Shown piece after piece: positions 24,919 through 39,000 of a stretch of DNA of 64,000 nucleotides (positions are counted from its first letter, which is position 1; every line of letters begins with the position of its first letter). The notes below the pieces were generated by a model. It was not told where the DNA came from. It was given only the letters and a program-made list of their open reading frames with translations, and ran no database searches. The position numbers were made by a program, and so were the translations under genes. Source of the stretch: Marsupella aquatica (lineage: Eukaryota; Plantae; Marchantiophyta); the NCBI GenBank assembly GCA_973895155.1, contig OZ316892.1, positions 14,872,861 through 14,936,860 on the forward strand, written 5' to 3'.

Positions 24919-27811
24919 TTTCGTGAGTGAACGAGTCGCTCCAGCTTGTTATGGAGTACGAATGAACTTTTCCGCAACTGAAACAGTGCCTACAAGAGTT
25001 CGCTACCCTCAAAGCAAAGAACGATGCCGAGAGGGAACTCTCAACATAACTCACAAGGAAATGTGTTCTGCTGTAGAGCCGCGTTCCACGTGATGAGGGC
25101 ATGGGCCCGTCTGTGAAAGTGTTCGCGCATGGATAATTTTTGACAAGGTTTCTGCCTTTGATTGCTTCCAGAAGGGACAGGTTCGAATGATAAAGAGTTT
25201 AAACTTTGTATACATTAAAGCCCTGTTCAGAGGGCATTGTGGATGGGATATAATATAATGCCCCAAAAACGAGAGCTTGAGCTCTAGTTTTGCCCATAAT
25301 GCTTGGCTCTTGAAACAGTGTTTAGTATAATTAATTAAGGCCTGAGAGATTTCCTTTTTTCTTCTAATTCTAGTAAAAGTACAAGAGAATCTTCATGAAG
25401 AGGTGGTCCAGATCTTGATCTGCCCTGTGAATTACAAATGGAAAAATTGTGTAAGGGCATTAGAAACAGTGAACTTGCCAGGTGGTCACCAGCCAACAGA
25501 GGTAAAATCAATATGGCACCTAAATGAACCAAGAACAATCCTAGAAAATAATGCTTATGATGGACCTGGGGTTTGCTGGGAAGCCAGGATAGATTTCTAT
25601 AATCGTGCTCCTGACCCTTGCAGCTATTACTAGTTTGCTAGTTTTAATCAGTTCACATTGTGGTAACTTGTGACGTCCAACACAAACTTGGGGAGTCCTT
25701 CCCAACTATAATATTTTCCCTTTCATGCCCAAACTACTTAGAGTGTCCTTTGCAAAAGTGAAGCGTCCGTTGGCAACTGGTTATTCATATTTGACAATTT
25801 TTGCACTCATAGCAAATGATCTCAGAACATCTCAAACTTTGTGAGGTAAGAACATACTAGAAAAGTTGAGATTAAATAAACATCTGTAATGAGATCTCAT
25901 GGTGAGACGGGAATGTCATGAACTATGGAGGCCCTTACCAGACAGTGGCGGCTGTTAATTGTGTTTCCATCCAAAGCAAAGAGGGGGGCCAGTCGTAGAC
26001 ACTACAGTTAAAATGCAGGAGCCAAAATGTGTCAGGTCTAGAGATAGTACATGCTAGACCCTTGATAGAAGGGATTGCTTGGTTCATTCTTTTAGACCAC
26101 CTCATCAGGTATCTAAGTTAGTTACAGAAAAAAGGACACATCATAAAAGAAAGGGACCCACGAGGGGCCAGTAGCGGGTGATTAGGATCAGTAATAATTT
26201 TGTGTGAAACTGCTGCAGAGTTCATGTATGTTAAGAGGAAGTGTGGCCTATTCCCACATTTGAATGCCTAGGATTGCATCTAAGACATAAAGGAAAAAAG
26301 CTGCTGCCAAGTTTTGACAAGCCATCCTAAGGGGACCTGCATGGTAGTTTATGGGTCCAGATGGGTAAAAGTTGATGACATGTACATTGTTTTTGTGGCC
26401 AAAGTTTAGTAGACCTCAAGATATGGTCTAAACTTTTGTCAGCTCAGTCTCTTGGAATTCATTTGCACTCCATTCTCCGTAGAGGCCCTTGCATTAGTCA
26501 TAGGCCTGGAAGCTACAATAGATTTTAGGCTGAAATGGTTCACTCAATTTGGTCAGTGCTAGTGTCCGTCCGCCTGTTCTTGCTTGAAATGTAAGCATAG
26601 CGAGCCGGGGTGTTGTGACTTTAGAATCAGCCTTGGGCTGGGGCTCTTTTACACTTTTAAATGATGAGTGACACTGTAGGGTTCGAGGAGTATCATGACA
26701 AGACTTCGTGTTATCCGAACAGCAATTTCAAACGTACAACCGCAACTTCCAATTCAAAACAGCCGAAGAGCAAGGCAGCGTGTTCCCCATGGGAGTTGAC
26801 GCCCAAGTCCCGACCCTTTTTGCACTGACATCCGCCCACACATGCATACGTAACACGCGGACACACCAACGCCGAAGGCCCGATGGCGCCAACGTCTCTC
26901 TAGCCCGCTCGTGCTGACTGCAGTGTCCGCGTACGTCGTGAGCACGAGCAAATAATAATCGACCGCGGTTACCGTAACAAGCGCGCAGTACAGTCAGTTG
27001 CGCTGTGGGGTAAAGTAGCTACGGTATCGAAACCACGAGTTGAACGGCCGTCCGAGGCCATCCACGGCTGTAAGTGGGACATGTTACTGGATCCTGACAT
27101 CCAAAGGTGCAGCCGGGCGAGGCGATCGTCGCAGTCGAGTGAGTCGACGGGACCAGGAGAGCGCGGACGCACGAAGCGTGTCACAGTCGACGGAGGCAGC
27201 ACAGTCGGCGGACCGGGAGAACACGGCGGTGGGGCAGGGAGAAGTGACTTGCGCGGTACGTGTCCGGCTGGATTGCTGGAAGGAGTGAGGAGACGCGATG
27301 TGCAACGAGATCGAGAAGAGTGGGAGCGCCGCGGCGTGCGTGATCCTGTCGAGAGAGAGAGAGGGAGCGAGAGAGGGAGAGAGAGAGCCGAAAGGGGAGC
27401 TGTGCGACTGTGTGCATGTGTTTAGGCCGGACGACACACAGTAGTACTGTGTAGTACTCGGGAGCTCGACTAAATTGCGGGGCGGGGCATGCCGGCACTT
27501 CCGCGAGGGTGGGAAGAGGGTGGCGTAGGGGTAGGAGTCCGTCGTACACTCGGACGGGCGAAGGGAAGTGAGGAGGAAGAAAGGTAAGGAAGAGCGGAGT
27601 GGCGTGGAGAGGAGAGGAGAGGAGACTGGGGAGAGAAAGGAGGCAATCGGTGAGTCAAAGGTGGGAGGGGAGCGCGAGCAGTAGAGCGTTGTGGTTCTGC
27701 GCTCCGAAAGCTACGACGATTGAAGTCGCGGGGGGCTCGCTCGAGGGCGAGGTGCGGAGAGACGAGCGGAGAGAGAACGAGAGAAACGAGGAGAAAATTT
27801 CGAGAAGTGCT

Positions 27812-27819
27812 AAACCCTA
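27812..27819 (+). promoter_or_regulatory. Telo-box AAACCCTA in the GA-rich leader/promoter of the hnRNP gene
   Basis: Exact AAACCCTA within the purine-rich 27300-28300 region upstream of the ATG at 28428. Telo-boxes are common in plant RNA-processing and translation genes. Confidence 0.5.
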
Positions 27820-28427
27820 AAAGGAAGAGCGATTGCAGGCCGGAGGGAGGAAGCAAGGAAGGAAGGAAGAAAGGCAGTGGCGTGGCGTGGAGGAGCAGCG
27901 AGACGAGAGGAGACAAGAGGAGACGAGACGGGAAAAGGAGGCGAGGCGCGAAAGTGGAGGGGGATCTGCCAAGTCTCTTTCTTCAACCTACTCCACTTCT
28001 TCTAACCACTCGAACCTACCTCGTGTCGTTTATCACTCGTTGGGTGTGTGTGCGCAGAGCGAAAGAGGCAGGCAGATCAGAAAGAGATCAGACAGAAAGA
28101 GATTGAAACAGAAGCACAGGTTAGGCACTTACTACAGGGAAGTTTGTTGGCAGACAGAAAGAACAGAGATCAGAAAGAAAGTTTTGCAGGCAGAAAGAGA
28201 AGAGGTGTGTTGACGGTACGGTAGGAGCAGGCAGGGAGGCAGGGGTTGATGTTGTAGCGGCCATACACTACTACTACTACTACATACAGAAAGACAGACA
28301 GCAAGAGCTTGCTTGAGTCTCTCAGGGGGCGTATAGTGAGAGCATTGCCGTTGCTGCTGCTGCTGCTGCGCGGGCTGGTTGATTGGTTGGCTGGTGTGCG
28401 ACGCGAGTGAGCCTAGCCAAGCCTGCC

Positions 28428-30654
28428 ATGGACGCGGACCAAGAGCAGGATGCTGGAATGGCTGATGTTGCACCTGACTTAAACGAACAGGCCTCCGAGC
28501 CAGCCTCCGAGCAGCAGCAGCAGCAGGGGCACGAGCAGCCACAGGAAAGTTTTGAGAATGGAGGGCTCGATAAAGATATCGATGAGGATAAGGTAGAGAG
28601 TGACATAAAAGGATCGCCAGACGCCTCCACAGGAAAGAACTCCAGTACAGGGTTAGTTGCCATCAGTTCAGATTACTCCCTTAGTTTTAGTTCCAGCTTT
28701 AGACTCCTCTTTAGCTCTAGCGTCCGTTCGTTTTAGTTTAGCTCTAGAGTCTAGGCTGCATGTCGTGTGGTGCGGTTTGCTTGTGATAAGGGGGTGGGGA
28801 GTGTCTGTCCGACGAGGCAGCCTACTGTAGCTAACTCACTATCCGTCGTCTGATAGAGGGAAGATCTTCATCGGAGGCCTGTCATGGGATACCTCTACAG
28901 GTGAGTGGTCTGCCGGTCACCCTCTTTTGTCCTGCTGAAGTATTGCTTTCTTTTGCTGAGACAGTATCTCATTTCAAGAGCATGGGTTTGAACAGGTCGC
29001 TTTGTCAACTTAGAGCGTAGATCGCCAGTTTCGATTTCCTCTGCTTCCCGTTTAGTTTGTGCTTCGTTACAATGAGATTCTAGTCTTGTAGGTGGTGTGG
29101 AGTTTTATCCTCATGTGGTCCCACTTGGGGTTTTCACACCGGTCGTATCGGGCATGCAGACAATCTAACGAGCCATTTCAAGAAGTATGGAGAGATAACC
29201 GATGCGGTGATCATGAAAGACAGGAACACGGGTCATCCCCGTGGCTTCGGGTTCGTTACCTTCGCCGACCCGGCCGTGTGCGACCGTGTCGTTGAAGATA
29301 AGCATGTCATTGACGGAAGAACGGTGAGGGTCAGTGCACTGGAGGCGGGCTCGGATTTTTTTTCTGCTTTCTCAGTTATTTTCTCTTCTTAATTCTGGTA
29401 TTGTCGGATTCTTTGTTTCAACTTCTCATGAGGTCCATGATACTGATTGAAACTCGTTGCAAACGGTGCTCCGCTCCAGGTTGAGGCAAAGAAGTCTGTA
29501 CCTCGAGAGAATATGGCTACGTCGAAAGGCCCGAAGACAAAGAAGATTTTCGTCGGAGGGATTCCTCCATCGATTACAGACGGTGGGTGCTCTTCGTCGC
29601 TATGATCTTAACTCACCTGTGAATTCTCTTGTAGGATATTCGGTTTGTAAGGTTTGAGTATGCTTACCCCTTACAGTAATGCGCATTTCCATGTGCCTTC
29701 ACATCCGGAAGGACGTGAGCTATCAGTATCTGACCTCATGATTGTGTGGTGGCAGATGAGTTTAAGAGCTACTTCACGCGATTCGGTCATGTTGTTGAGC
29801 ACCAAATAATGCAAGATCATAGCACAGGCCGCTCTCGAGGGTTTGGATTTGTCACCTTTGATAGTGAGCAAACGGTGGAGGACATCCTTGCTCAAGGAAA
29901 GATGCACGAGCTTGGTGGAAAGCAGGTGGGTCAATGTTTTCAAGTGGTTCTGACGATGACCTATTTTGAGTAGAAATGAACTTACTCGGTGCGGTACTGT
30001 TGTGGTTCTACCGAGTTGGGTAGTATTAATCTCTGTTTGTGGTGGTTTGGTGTCCAGGTCGAAATTAAGAAGGCAGAACCAAAGAGAACGACTCAAGAAA
30101 CCGGTGGCAGTGGCTATCCTTCGGGAAGGGGTGGACAAGGATATAGTGCAAGCACCGGTGGTAGTTATGGAGGTTATAATGATGGTGGCTATGGTGCTCC
30201 CCCTGGCGGTGCCTATGGTGGAGGCGGCTCGTATAGGTCTGGAGGATATGGTGCCAGGTCAGGTTATGGTAGCGGATACGGTGGTGGAGGCTATGGTGGT
30301 GGGGGCTATGGTGGAAGCGGTGGATATGGTGGTGGCTATGGAAGTGGTGGATTGGGTGTTGGCAGTTACGGTGGTGTTGGAGCTGGATACGGGGGTAGCC
30401 TTGGATATGGCAGCTCACTTGCAGGTAGTGGATACGGGACCGGAGTGATGAGTAGTTATGCAGATGGGGCTGATGCGTATGGAAGCATGGGCTACGGTGC
30501 CTACAGCGGCAGTGCTTACGGAGGATACGGTGCTGCTGCCGGATATGGCAGTGCTGGTGCAGCTGGAACCGGCGCTGCTGCTGGATATGGCAGTAGTCGT
30601 GGTTACGGTAGTGGCACGAGCAATGGCCGGTACCATCCCTACGGAAGGAGCTAG
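28428..30654 (+). CDS. hnRNP A/B (Musashi/DAZAP1-like) RNA-binding protein: two RRMs, Gly/Tyr-rich tail, PY-NLS; ~433 aa, 6 exons
   Basis: Exons 28428-28651, 28857-28900, 29160-29323, 29480-29582, 29756-29925, 30058-30654 (1302 nt). RNP2 motifs KIFIGGL and KIFVGGI, RNP1 RGFGFVTF twice, C-terminal GRYHPYGRS*. Confidence 0.95.
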
Positions 30655-33299
30655 GATTTTGTTCTATCTTGCCTGCCAAATGAGACAAGCTAATTGGTTC
30701 CCTCTGTAGTCGTAGTTCAGTGAGGTGTGTTTTTTCAAAGGCACAGCTTAAAGGCGTAGTCAGATGTGCCTCCTAAGAGGACTCCGGACGAGCTCCTGGT
30801 GGCTTTGTAGTCATCAATGTGTAGTCGCATTTCTTCTTTCAATTCTATCTTCGTGGAACTTCATCATGGTGGTTTAGCTCGACACCTTCTTTCGTTTGGT
30901 GTGTTTCGTCTCGCATATTCTTTTTACCTCCACCGCCCTTCAACTTTCCCTCACCTACCGTCTTCTAAGTTTTCTCTGTTAATTTCTCGCGAGTGACGGT
31001 TGATTTGTGGAGTATGCGTAAGGCTTGGGAAGTCGAAATCGTTGAAGTTCCGTTACGTCTAAAATTGTACAGCGAATTGCCAGTGCCGTGTTGGGTGCAA
31101 TGTGACTTTCGTTCTTCTTCAATGCATGGAAGGTTATAAGTACAACTGGGCCGATTTGTCCAGCTCATTTTTTTCTAGTTAGTCAAGATAGATCTAGGGA
31201 TGACGAGATCCTCTTGAAGTAGTTTTGGTAGTCCAGGTGCAGAATTAATTGGCAGTGGAGTGAATAGTGTGAGTCGTGTCACTTGTGTTGATCGTGGGAC
31301 ATCATTACGGGTACGTGGACTCATTGCAGGGTCCGTCGTGTCAATTGTGGAAACGGGGAAATAAAATGTTCATTTATCCGCGTGAGATGCGGGTGAGTGC
31401 CCAAGCAGATGGCCTGAATTGGTCTCCCTTGTTTGACTTTTAGCTCCTACACTACATCAGGAAGTCTGCCTGGTTTATTTGAAGAACAGCTCTCGTTAAG
31501 GACACTGTAGCGCCACAGGAAAGTATTGGGTTGTACCGAAGTAGAAATGATTTGAGTTGAAGGTTGCATGCTTCTGTAATGTTCCATGAGACAGACGTCT
31601 GAGACGCCTGTGGATGATTCTGGTAAGTAGGCCAATTCGAAGAATGATCTGTTTAGGGGCACTCGGGCTTGGAACGATTTCTTCCGAGTCGAAGAGTCCG
31701 ATGAGTAAAGTTAAATGATAATGGTCTGAAGAGGGATTATTCTTGAGTAAATGGGTTTCTGCATTGTTTGTCGTCATATCTCGTCAAAGTATAGAGTTAG
31801 AAGGGACTCCGAAGTGCCAAGTAAAATAGGTTCATTTCTCAGTTGTAGAACACTTTGAAAGTTGGATGACATAGGTATGAAAGTAGATGCTGAGACTGGA
31901 GGGATTGCGAAACAAGTTCATAAGTGACTAACGACTGGACAACGAGAAACGAGGATTTCTTCACCTTTTCTTTCCTGTTTGTCAGTGAATAGTGTTTGTT
32001 CTTTACCGGGTTTCTCATGCGTAATGCCCGATAGCCAGCGGTCGACGTATATCCGACTTTGTGGTAGCTCAAAGCCAGTGACGTTCACGCCGTAAAGCTG
32101 TTATCACTGGATGAACTTACTGGCTGAAAGGTTTATGTCTCCAAATTTACATTGAGGTTTTACATGTAACAAGTAGGCTACTGCCCCCCTTGGACTTTTG
32201 TGGACAATGCTATTATTTATTGAAGTGGGATTACTTGTAGTTGTGAACTCAGATCCCAGGTGTGAGCATTTGTAGAACTGCTGAAGTCACTCTCAGAGTC
32301 ATTCATGGCCCTAGTTGTCAACTTGTTGGCCGTCTTGAGTTTTGTCTTGAAGTTCTCTGGTTTCTGTAGTGACGGCTCCACGGTGGAAAGCTTTCAAACG
32401 AGTGCACCAAAGATGAGCATCAGTCTGAACGTGGATTTAATTGTGTTTCCTACCTGAAGAATTTATCTAGTTCAACTAACGGGTGTCGCCTGTGGAAGAA
32501 AATTGTCACTTCAGCGTGAAAGTGCTTTCGCTACTTTCGCGGACATGATAATATGATTTGATAATTGATTGTCCCCTTCTTCCTCCTAGTCCTTCAAGTG
32601 GTTCACTATTTATTGGCGCTATCCTTGTCATTTGTGCTTTTCTTGAGGGTTCTCTCATTGCCGCCAATTGGAACTCCCCAAAACTTTTCTTACCAGCGAG
32701 GGCATGAGTCATGCACCATGCCAAGCCCCTTAAGTGAGATCTCACTTCATTGTCTCGTATTTCCGTGGATGTTTGTAAATTTTCATTTTTACTTTCTTGA
32801 CGGTCCTGTCATTTCGGTCAGGAGTGGCTTTTTCATACATGCACGGTCTATAGTACTTTCTGCCACGTTAAATTTACGGGCCTGACAGGTGATGTCAAAT
32901 CCAGGCCCATTTACGTCCCACCTCGTGGCCTTTAAAAGCTCCTCAAACGGAAGTGCCTAACGTCAATGTGGGGTGGGTTCCAGGAGAACCTGAGGCATTC
33001 CGGAGTGTTGACAGGCATTCGAGTTTTTCAGTAAATTCTGGCATAGCGGGCGAATGGTCGTCACTTCTGCCTAGACGTGAAGGTGAGTCATTGTTTGCTC
33101 TTGGGATTGTACTAGGGATGAGCTCGAGGTGAAACTCACTTTTTCTCCTGACGGGAGCATTGACTATAATTATGTCACCTAACTCAGTTTTCTCCTGACG
33201 GGATTGAGTTTGTCACCTTCAGTCTTGTGAGGAACAAAATGTTTGTGTGGGAGGGCCAGACTAGTGCAACATTGAAAGCTCGATGCATGTTCGGGAGCC

Positions 33300-33600
33300 A
33301 GGCAGCTTAAAAGCTTCTTCTTGCTGGGGAGCTCTATGAAAGGCCATAGTGAGTGCGGCCTGCATCTCACAGTCAGTTTTGGGTAATTTTTGTTTCTGGA
33401 GGAAGACTTCACTGCAATTCACATATTCGCACGAAGGTGTTATAACTATGGTACACAATTATGTGAGTCATGGTTCACGGAACAAGCGCTGGAGCAACTT
33501 ATTCAAAGCAAACTTTGGTGGTACTCAAAGAACAAAGTCAAACTGACACATTTATACATGGTTTTGTGTTAGGTTAAAAAGTTTAGTAGATGGACCAATG
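33300..33600 (+). mobile_element. Possible hAT C-terminal dimerization-domain remnant
   Basis: Frameshifted fragments FWRKTSLQF...RWSNL...YSKNKVKLT loosely match hAT WW...ERxWS...SKxRxxL; weak. Confidence 0.25.
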
Positions 33601-36010
33601 GAGATGTTGTCTCCCCTTGATGCCTTCAAATCCTACGTACATCCGTTGACAGCTTAGGTGTTACTACAAGCTTCTATGTGCTTTATTATTGTACCACTTG
33701 GTCATCAAACATAAGTAGTTCTTCCAAAGCCTCTTGTCGACATATATCTAACTCACCATTGAAGTACTGAATAAATGCCAATCAACTGGCCCCAATCAGT
33801 AGTTTATCTTGCAAAATTATTCTCTGGTCATGCCTTCTACAAGTGACAAGATTTTCTGGATTGTAAATGAAATTCTCTCTAAGCACTTCTGGATTTTGTT
33901 GGCTGACACTATCGGCCTGTTTGGGAGAGAAAGCAGTCAAATGAATTGGTTCCGGTGTTGACGAATTCATAGGATTTAGTCTGGTTGTGGGGGTTGTCAA
34001 GCATGTTTTGGGAGGTAGAGATTTTTGGTAACCAGCTCTCAAAAGTTGAGAATGCAAGGATGATGGATTAAGGAAATTGAAAGGTTTAAACTGGTCATTT
34101 AGGTTTAGTTCAGATATGCTTAGACATAGCATCGGCAACACTTCTAGATTACAATGCCTCCCAAACTTCTTCATCAAAACTCCCCCTCCATAACTCACTA
34201 AGTTGTTTCATCAAAGCTCTCCCTTGTTAATCAACTAAAGTAATTTAAATTAGGTTAAAGTTACACAATAGGTCCGGATCCCAAAAATGCATTTACGCAA
34301 ATCACCCAAGACACCATTCATCTATTTACTCATCTTGTCACAAATAAGACAGTTATGATATGACACTAAAGGTATAGTTACAGTATAGGCTCCCCACTGG
34401 AAAACAAATACCAATAATAGTGAAATTGAAGCTTACTGGCAACTCCGAACACCTATAACCTTCATTTAAACTCGATCACACGATAGACATAGCTTTCAAT
34501 CATTCCGTCCTTCCAGCGCTACTGTCCTTGTTCTTTCCTCTTGTAGATTATCTCTTTATTTAATTTGCACTGTGAACAAACGGAATTTTTAATTGCTGTT
34601 TGAGGGCCAATTAAATACTAACAAATTTCAAATTCTCACTGTGATTCATTCTAGAAATTGCTGCTATCTTTGTTGTAAAAGTGTTGTCAAAAGTCCTGGG
34701 AAGGAACTCAAACATGTAATGAGCGAGTTTCCTTGATTTGACATTCACTACCGCATTCGACCTAGCCAACTACAAACAGTTTTAAATATGTGAGGGTCGA
34801 CATGACATATGTACCTTTTAAGAAGCTAAGCGTAATCAAAAAGTAACATTTGTTTATTAAGAGACAACAAAGTATCAGTTTCTTAAGTTGTACGACTCCA
34901 CAGACTGTTGCATCAGATCTCCTTTAATTAACATTAATTTTATCATTTCTCTTTTCTCTTTACTTTATAAGACATTCAAGTAGCCAACTTTTAAAAATCA
35001 GATCACGTTTACAACTTGTCCCTTCACTATACTTTCCATGTGTGTAAGCATAGCAATCATACAAAGTATTAGGTACTGCCATTGCAGTATGACTCACAGA
35101 AAGCTCACAGAAACTAGTTCAGGCATCGGCAGACCATAACGTAAAATTGGGTTACGGTATTTGTCACAAAGATTCATTGGTGATGTGGATGGATCTACTT
35201 GGAAGCAACACAAGATAGTGACTAATATGCAATTGAAGTAAAGTAAGGTTTGTTGTTGTTGAGTACTTGGGTAGTGATCATAATCGGGAAACAAGTAACT
35301 GCCCTAAGATCAACTGAACAAAAGAAATGTGGGCTTATGGAATTGTGAGACATTCTGAGAATTCCTCACTTGTGACAGCCGTTTCTAGAATTTGATGTTT
35401 TAAATAGTCTCAAATGTCATTGATTTTATTTTCATTCTTTGGGTTGGTCCCCCTTGGTTGGGATCTGAACTTTGAAGCAAGAGCTTCATTTGATTTTATA
35501 CAAAGAACATAAAGGCAGCAGTGATTTCTGTCACTGAAAAGAGTTAGACCAACCCACTATTTGCTTGTCATAGTTTAATCATTTCCCCTGTGATCCTGCA
35601 TTTGGGATCCTGTCTCCTGGTTTGACACTTTTTGGTCTTTGGCAGTGTGCTAAATGTTGGTGAAAGGAAAGCTATCAATGCAGGGATTTGAAGCTAGATC
35701 TGGAGCTAGATCTCAATAATATGATCCCTTTGAATAAACTATTAGAGGGCTACTAAACCTTGGAAGATGGTTCAGAATGCAACTGATTATGAAGAAAGAA
35801 CACTGTAGGTCTCAGGTAGGTCTTGTAGCAAGACCTCACAAGTTGAGAACAAGTTTACAGAGACATGATGCAAGAGACCTGGTAGAATTATTGACTCAGA
35901 GAGAGGATATCATGGATGGTGTTGTGGAAGAACCGGTACTGAAAACTATTTCATGAATGTAAGGAGCACTTTTAAGTCAATAACAAGGAAAGGAAGGCCA
36001 ATGAGACACA

Positions 36011-39000
36011 ATGGACTCAGTAACTGGCATCATAAACTCTACCATATCGAAGATCACAAGAAAGGTGGTCTCCTTCGGAGGCAATGAATCCTCATTAGGT
36101 TACAGTTCTGCCAATTTGTATGAAGATTTCAGTGTTGTGGATACATCCTTGTACAGTGGGGAGCCATCACCTTCTGTGAGTTACACAACTGGGTATGCTA
36201 ATGCCTCTCTTGGTGTTGCTCCTGATGTTGGTGGAACCTCTTCACCTATGTTGTTTCCTGTGATCTCTGATAAAACCCTCTCATTTGATTCTGGAGAGCA
36301 TCCTCGAGGTCATGAGACAACTTTTGTTGAGCGTCGTGGTGTCTCATATGATGATGATACCCACCCTTCATTGCATCCAGTCCTAAAGAACAACAATCTC
36401 TCTATATTTTCTGGTGAACCTGGTGGCGGACTAGAGGAGATTTCTCCTATGCCTCGTCATGAAAATGGAACCACTCCGATCTCCAACATAGAGAGAGTAA
36501 AGAAGAAAATGTCTGTGTTTTTTGCATTTCAACGGCTTTCATTGCAGCCAGAGGAACGTGGACTTTCTTCACTTGGTGGATTGAATGAACAAGACTTGCC
36601 ATCTTTCCATGGAAACACAATGGCCACCAGCTTACAGGGCTCCCAGTCAAATCAACCTGTTCTTCCAGGGAAAAGAAGAGCACCAAAGACTAGGAAGCTG
36701 GGTGCTGCAATGCAATCTCAACATCAAGTGCACCTCCTTAGTAATTTGCACTTGATTGGAATCACCTTCTTTGCTGTATCTGGGGTAAGCATTTGTGTCA
36801 TTCACTTGATTGTTCCTTGTGAGCGCAATTTGAGATGTCACTAACAAAAGAGTTCCTTTAGCATGTGCTTCAATTTCCATACAATCACAATAAAATTGTG
36901 GATAGACTGTATACAAAAAATGATATCAGAGGGCTCTATCTTATTAGGATTTCGTAGATCCTTTCCCATTAGCGGGGAATGGTGATGAAAGTTAATAAAG
37001 AGCTGTCAAAAGACTCAAGCTCCTTGCTTAGAGGTCCTTTCTTACTTCCACACCAAGTCAAAAATCTGATAGCTGAGCTCATATAATCAAAAACCCTCAT
37101 TTTTTCTTTTCTTTGAAATCAACTTTTAATCAGTAACCAGTAAAAAGCATATAGAAAACAGACCAATCACCCAGAGAGAAGATAGCAGTCCAGGGGTCCA
37201 ACCCAGCCAGACACATCTAATGGGACACAATGATTTAATAAATCCCTCCTGTTAATTTTCCAACACCAGTTAATTTCTTTGTTTTTCTTTCCATGTGAGA
37301 TGTAGGAATGAATCCAATTGAGTAGGACCTATTAACTTCCTCCTAAAGGTGTTCAATGCCCTCCTTGCTTACTTTGAATTGTTATAGAATAATGTGGCTT
37401 GTACATGTAGGGGCCATATGGATTTGAACCCGCGGTGGCAGCAGGGGGGCCAGGGCTGATGCTAGTGGGGCTACTATTCTTTCCTGTGCTGTGGTCTGCA
37501 CCGCTAGCATACATGACTGCAGAACTTTCATGTATGATTCCAGAAAGCGGAGGCCATGTCTTGTGGGTATATCGAGCATTCGGACCATTTTGGTCATTTG
37601 TAAATAGTTGCTTTGCGTTTGCCTGCAGTGTGTTGGACAATGCCATGTATCCTGTTCTATTTGTGGAGTACATGTCCGAGTTGTTCTATGAAGGCAAGAA
37701 CAGCATCTCTTATAGCTGGAGTATCTTCTTAAAAGTCTTGATTGTTCTCTTTGTCACTATCATCAACATTCTTGGCATCGACATAGTTGGTGAGTGAATT
37801 TTGCTTGAAAACCTCATCTCTACAGCAGCCCCTAAATTCAAAGAAATCAAAATTAATCCATTTTCATAATACATTTGCTACTATTTTTGTGGTCATCTCG
37901 CAATGACTGATTCCTAATAGGATTCACCACAAAGCCTTAATAAACATCTTAATTTTATATTGTAGATTACATTTTTATTCAGGAAGTTTCTCAATATTTT
38001 ATATCAATCTAGATTATCATGACAACCTTAGCTCATTGGAATAACTTGGCAAAAATAGAGGACTATGAATTTATAAATGTACTCAAGGTTATAGAAAGAC
38101 ATCTCAATTATGACATCAAAGATTTTGTTTGGACAGGGTTGGCATCAATCGTTCTTGGTTTGATGGTGCTTGCACCGCTTGCTATTATGTGTCTTGTTGG
38201 ACTGGGCCATCTCAACTTTGATTGGATGGATTCAAGTAGCCACGGGGCAAGTGGGCCAGCTGTTATTGATTGGAAAAAGTTCTTCACTCTATTGTTGTGG
38301 AATACTTCAGGGTCTCTTTTATCACTCTGCACGCCTAGTTCAACTTTTCGTTGAGGTTTGCTTGCACATCTTGCAATTTAGACATTCCAAAGGAAATAAA
38401 GACAGAGAAATAAGAGTACTTATTGTCACAACATCAGCTCAGTACATGACTGTGCCAATCATCAGCTCTATGTTGTTGAAAGCAAGCTATAAGCACATTA
38501 TTTGTGAGAGATTTTAGAAACAAATACAAAGTAAGACTACAGTAGCTAGAGTTCTGAATTTTCAAGCTAGCAGGTTTGATGCAGTTGGAACGTGCGCAGC
38601 TGAAGTGCGAACGCCAAGTCATTCGTATCCACATGGCTTAAGAGTGGGCTTAGCCCTCATCACTAGTGTGTATGCTATACCCACTATTATTGGAATAAGT
38701 GTCCTTCCAAACTTCTCGGAGTGGAAGGAGGGAACATACATGATTGTGGCAAAGCTCATTGGGGGGAACTTTTTGAAGGTAATACATGGTCATGAATGTT
38801 GAATGTTCTATAAATTCCTAGTATCATTTGGATCAACCTGTCTCTTAAAGTGGTGAATTTGTGATTCAGTAGTCTCGAGATACTTCAATATTCCTGTGAA
38901 CATTGCTACTCCAGTTTCCAACACCTTTACTCATTGAAGTAACCTTGAGGCACTTTCAAATTTTTGCTTACTGGTCAATTTATGTTGAGTCAAGTTGTAT

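Noticed and set aside
26969-28542. Many overlapping 70-150 aa ORFs on both strands
   Set aside because: By-products of GC/GA-rich low-complexity promoter and leader sequence, giving R/E/G or S/L/P-biased translations with no domains.
30065-30688. 207-aa His-rich minus-strand ORF
   Set aside because: Antisense shadow of the GGT/GGA/TAT-rich hnRNP Gly tail.
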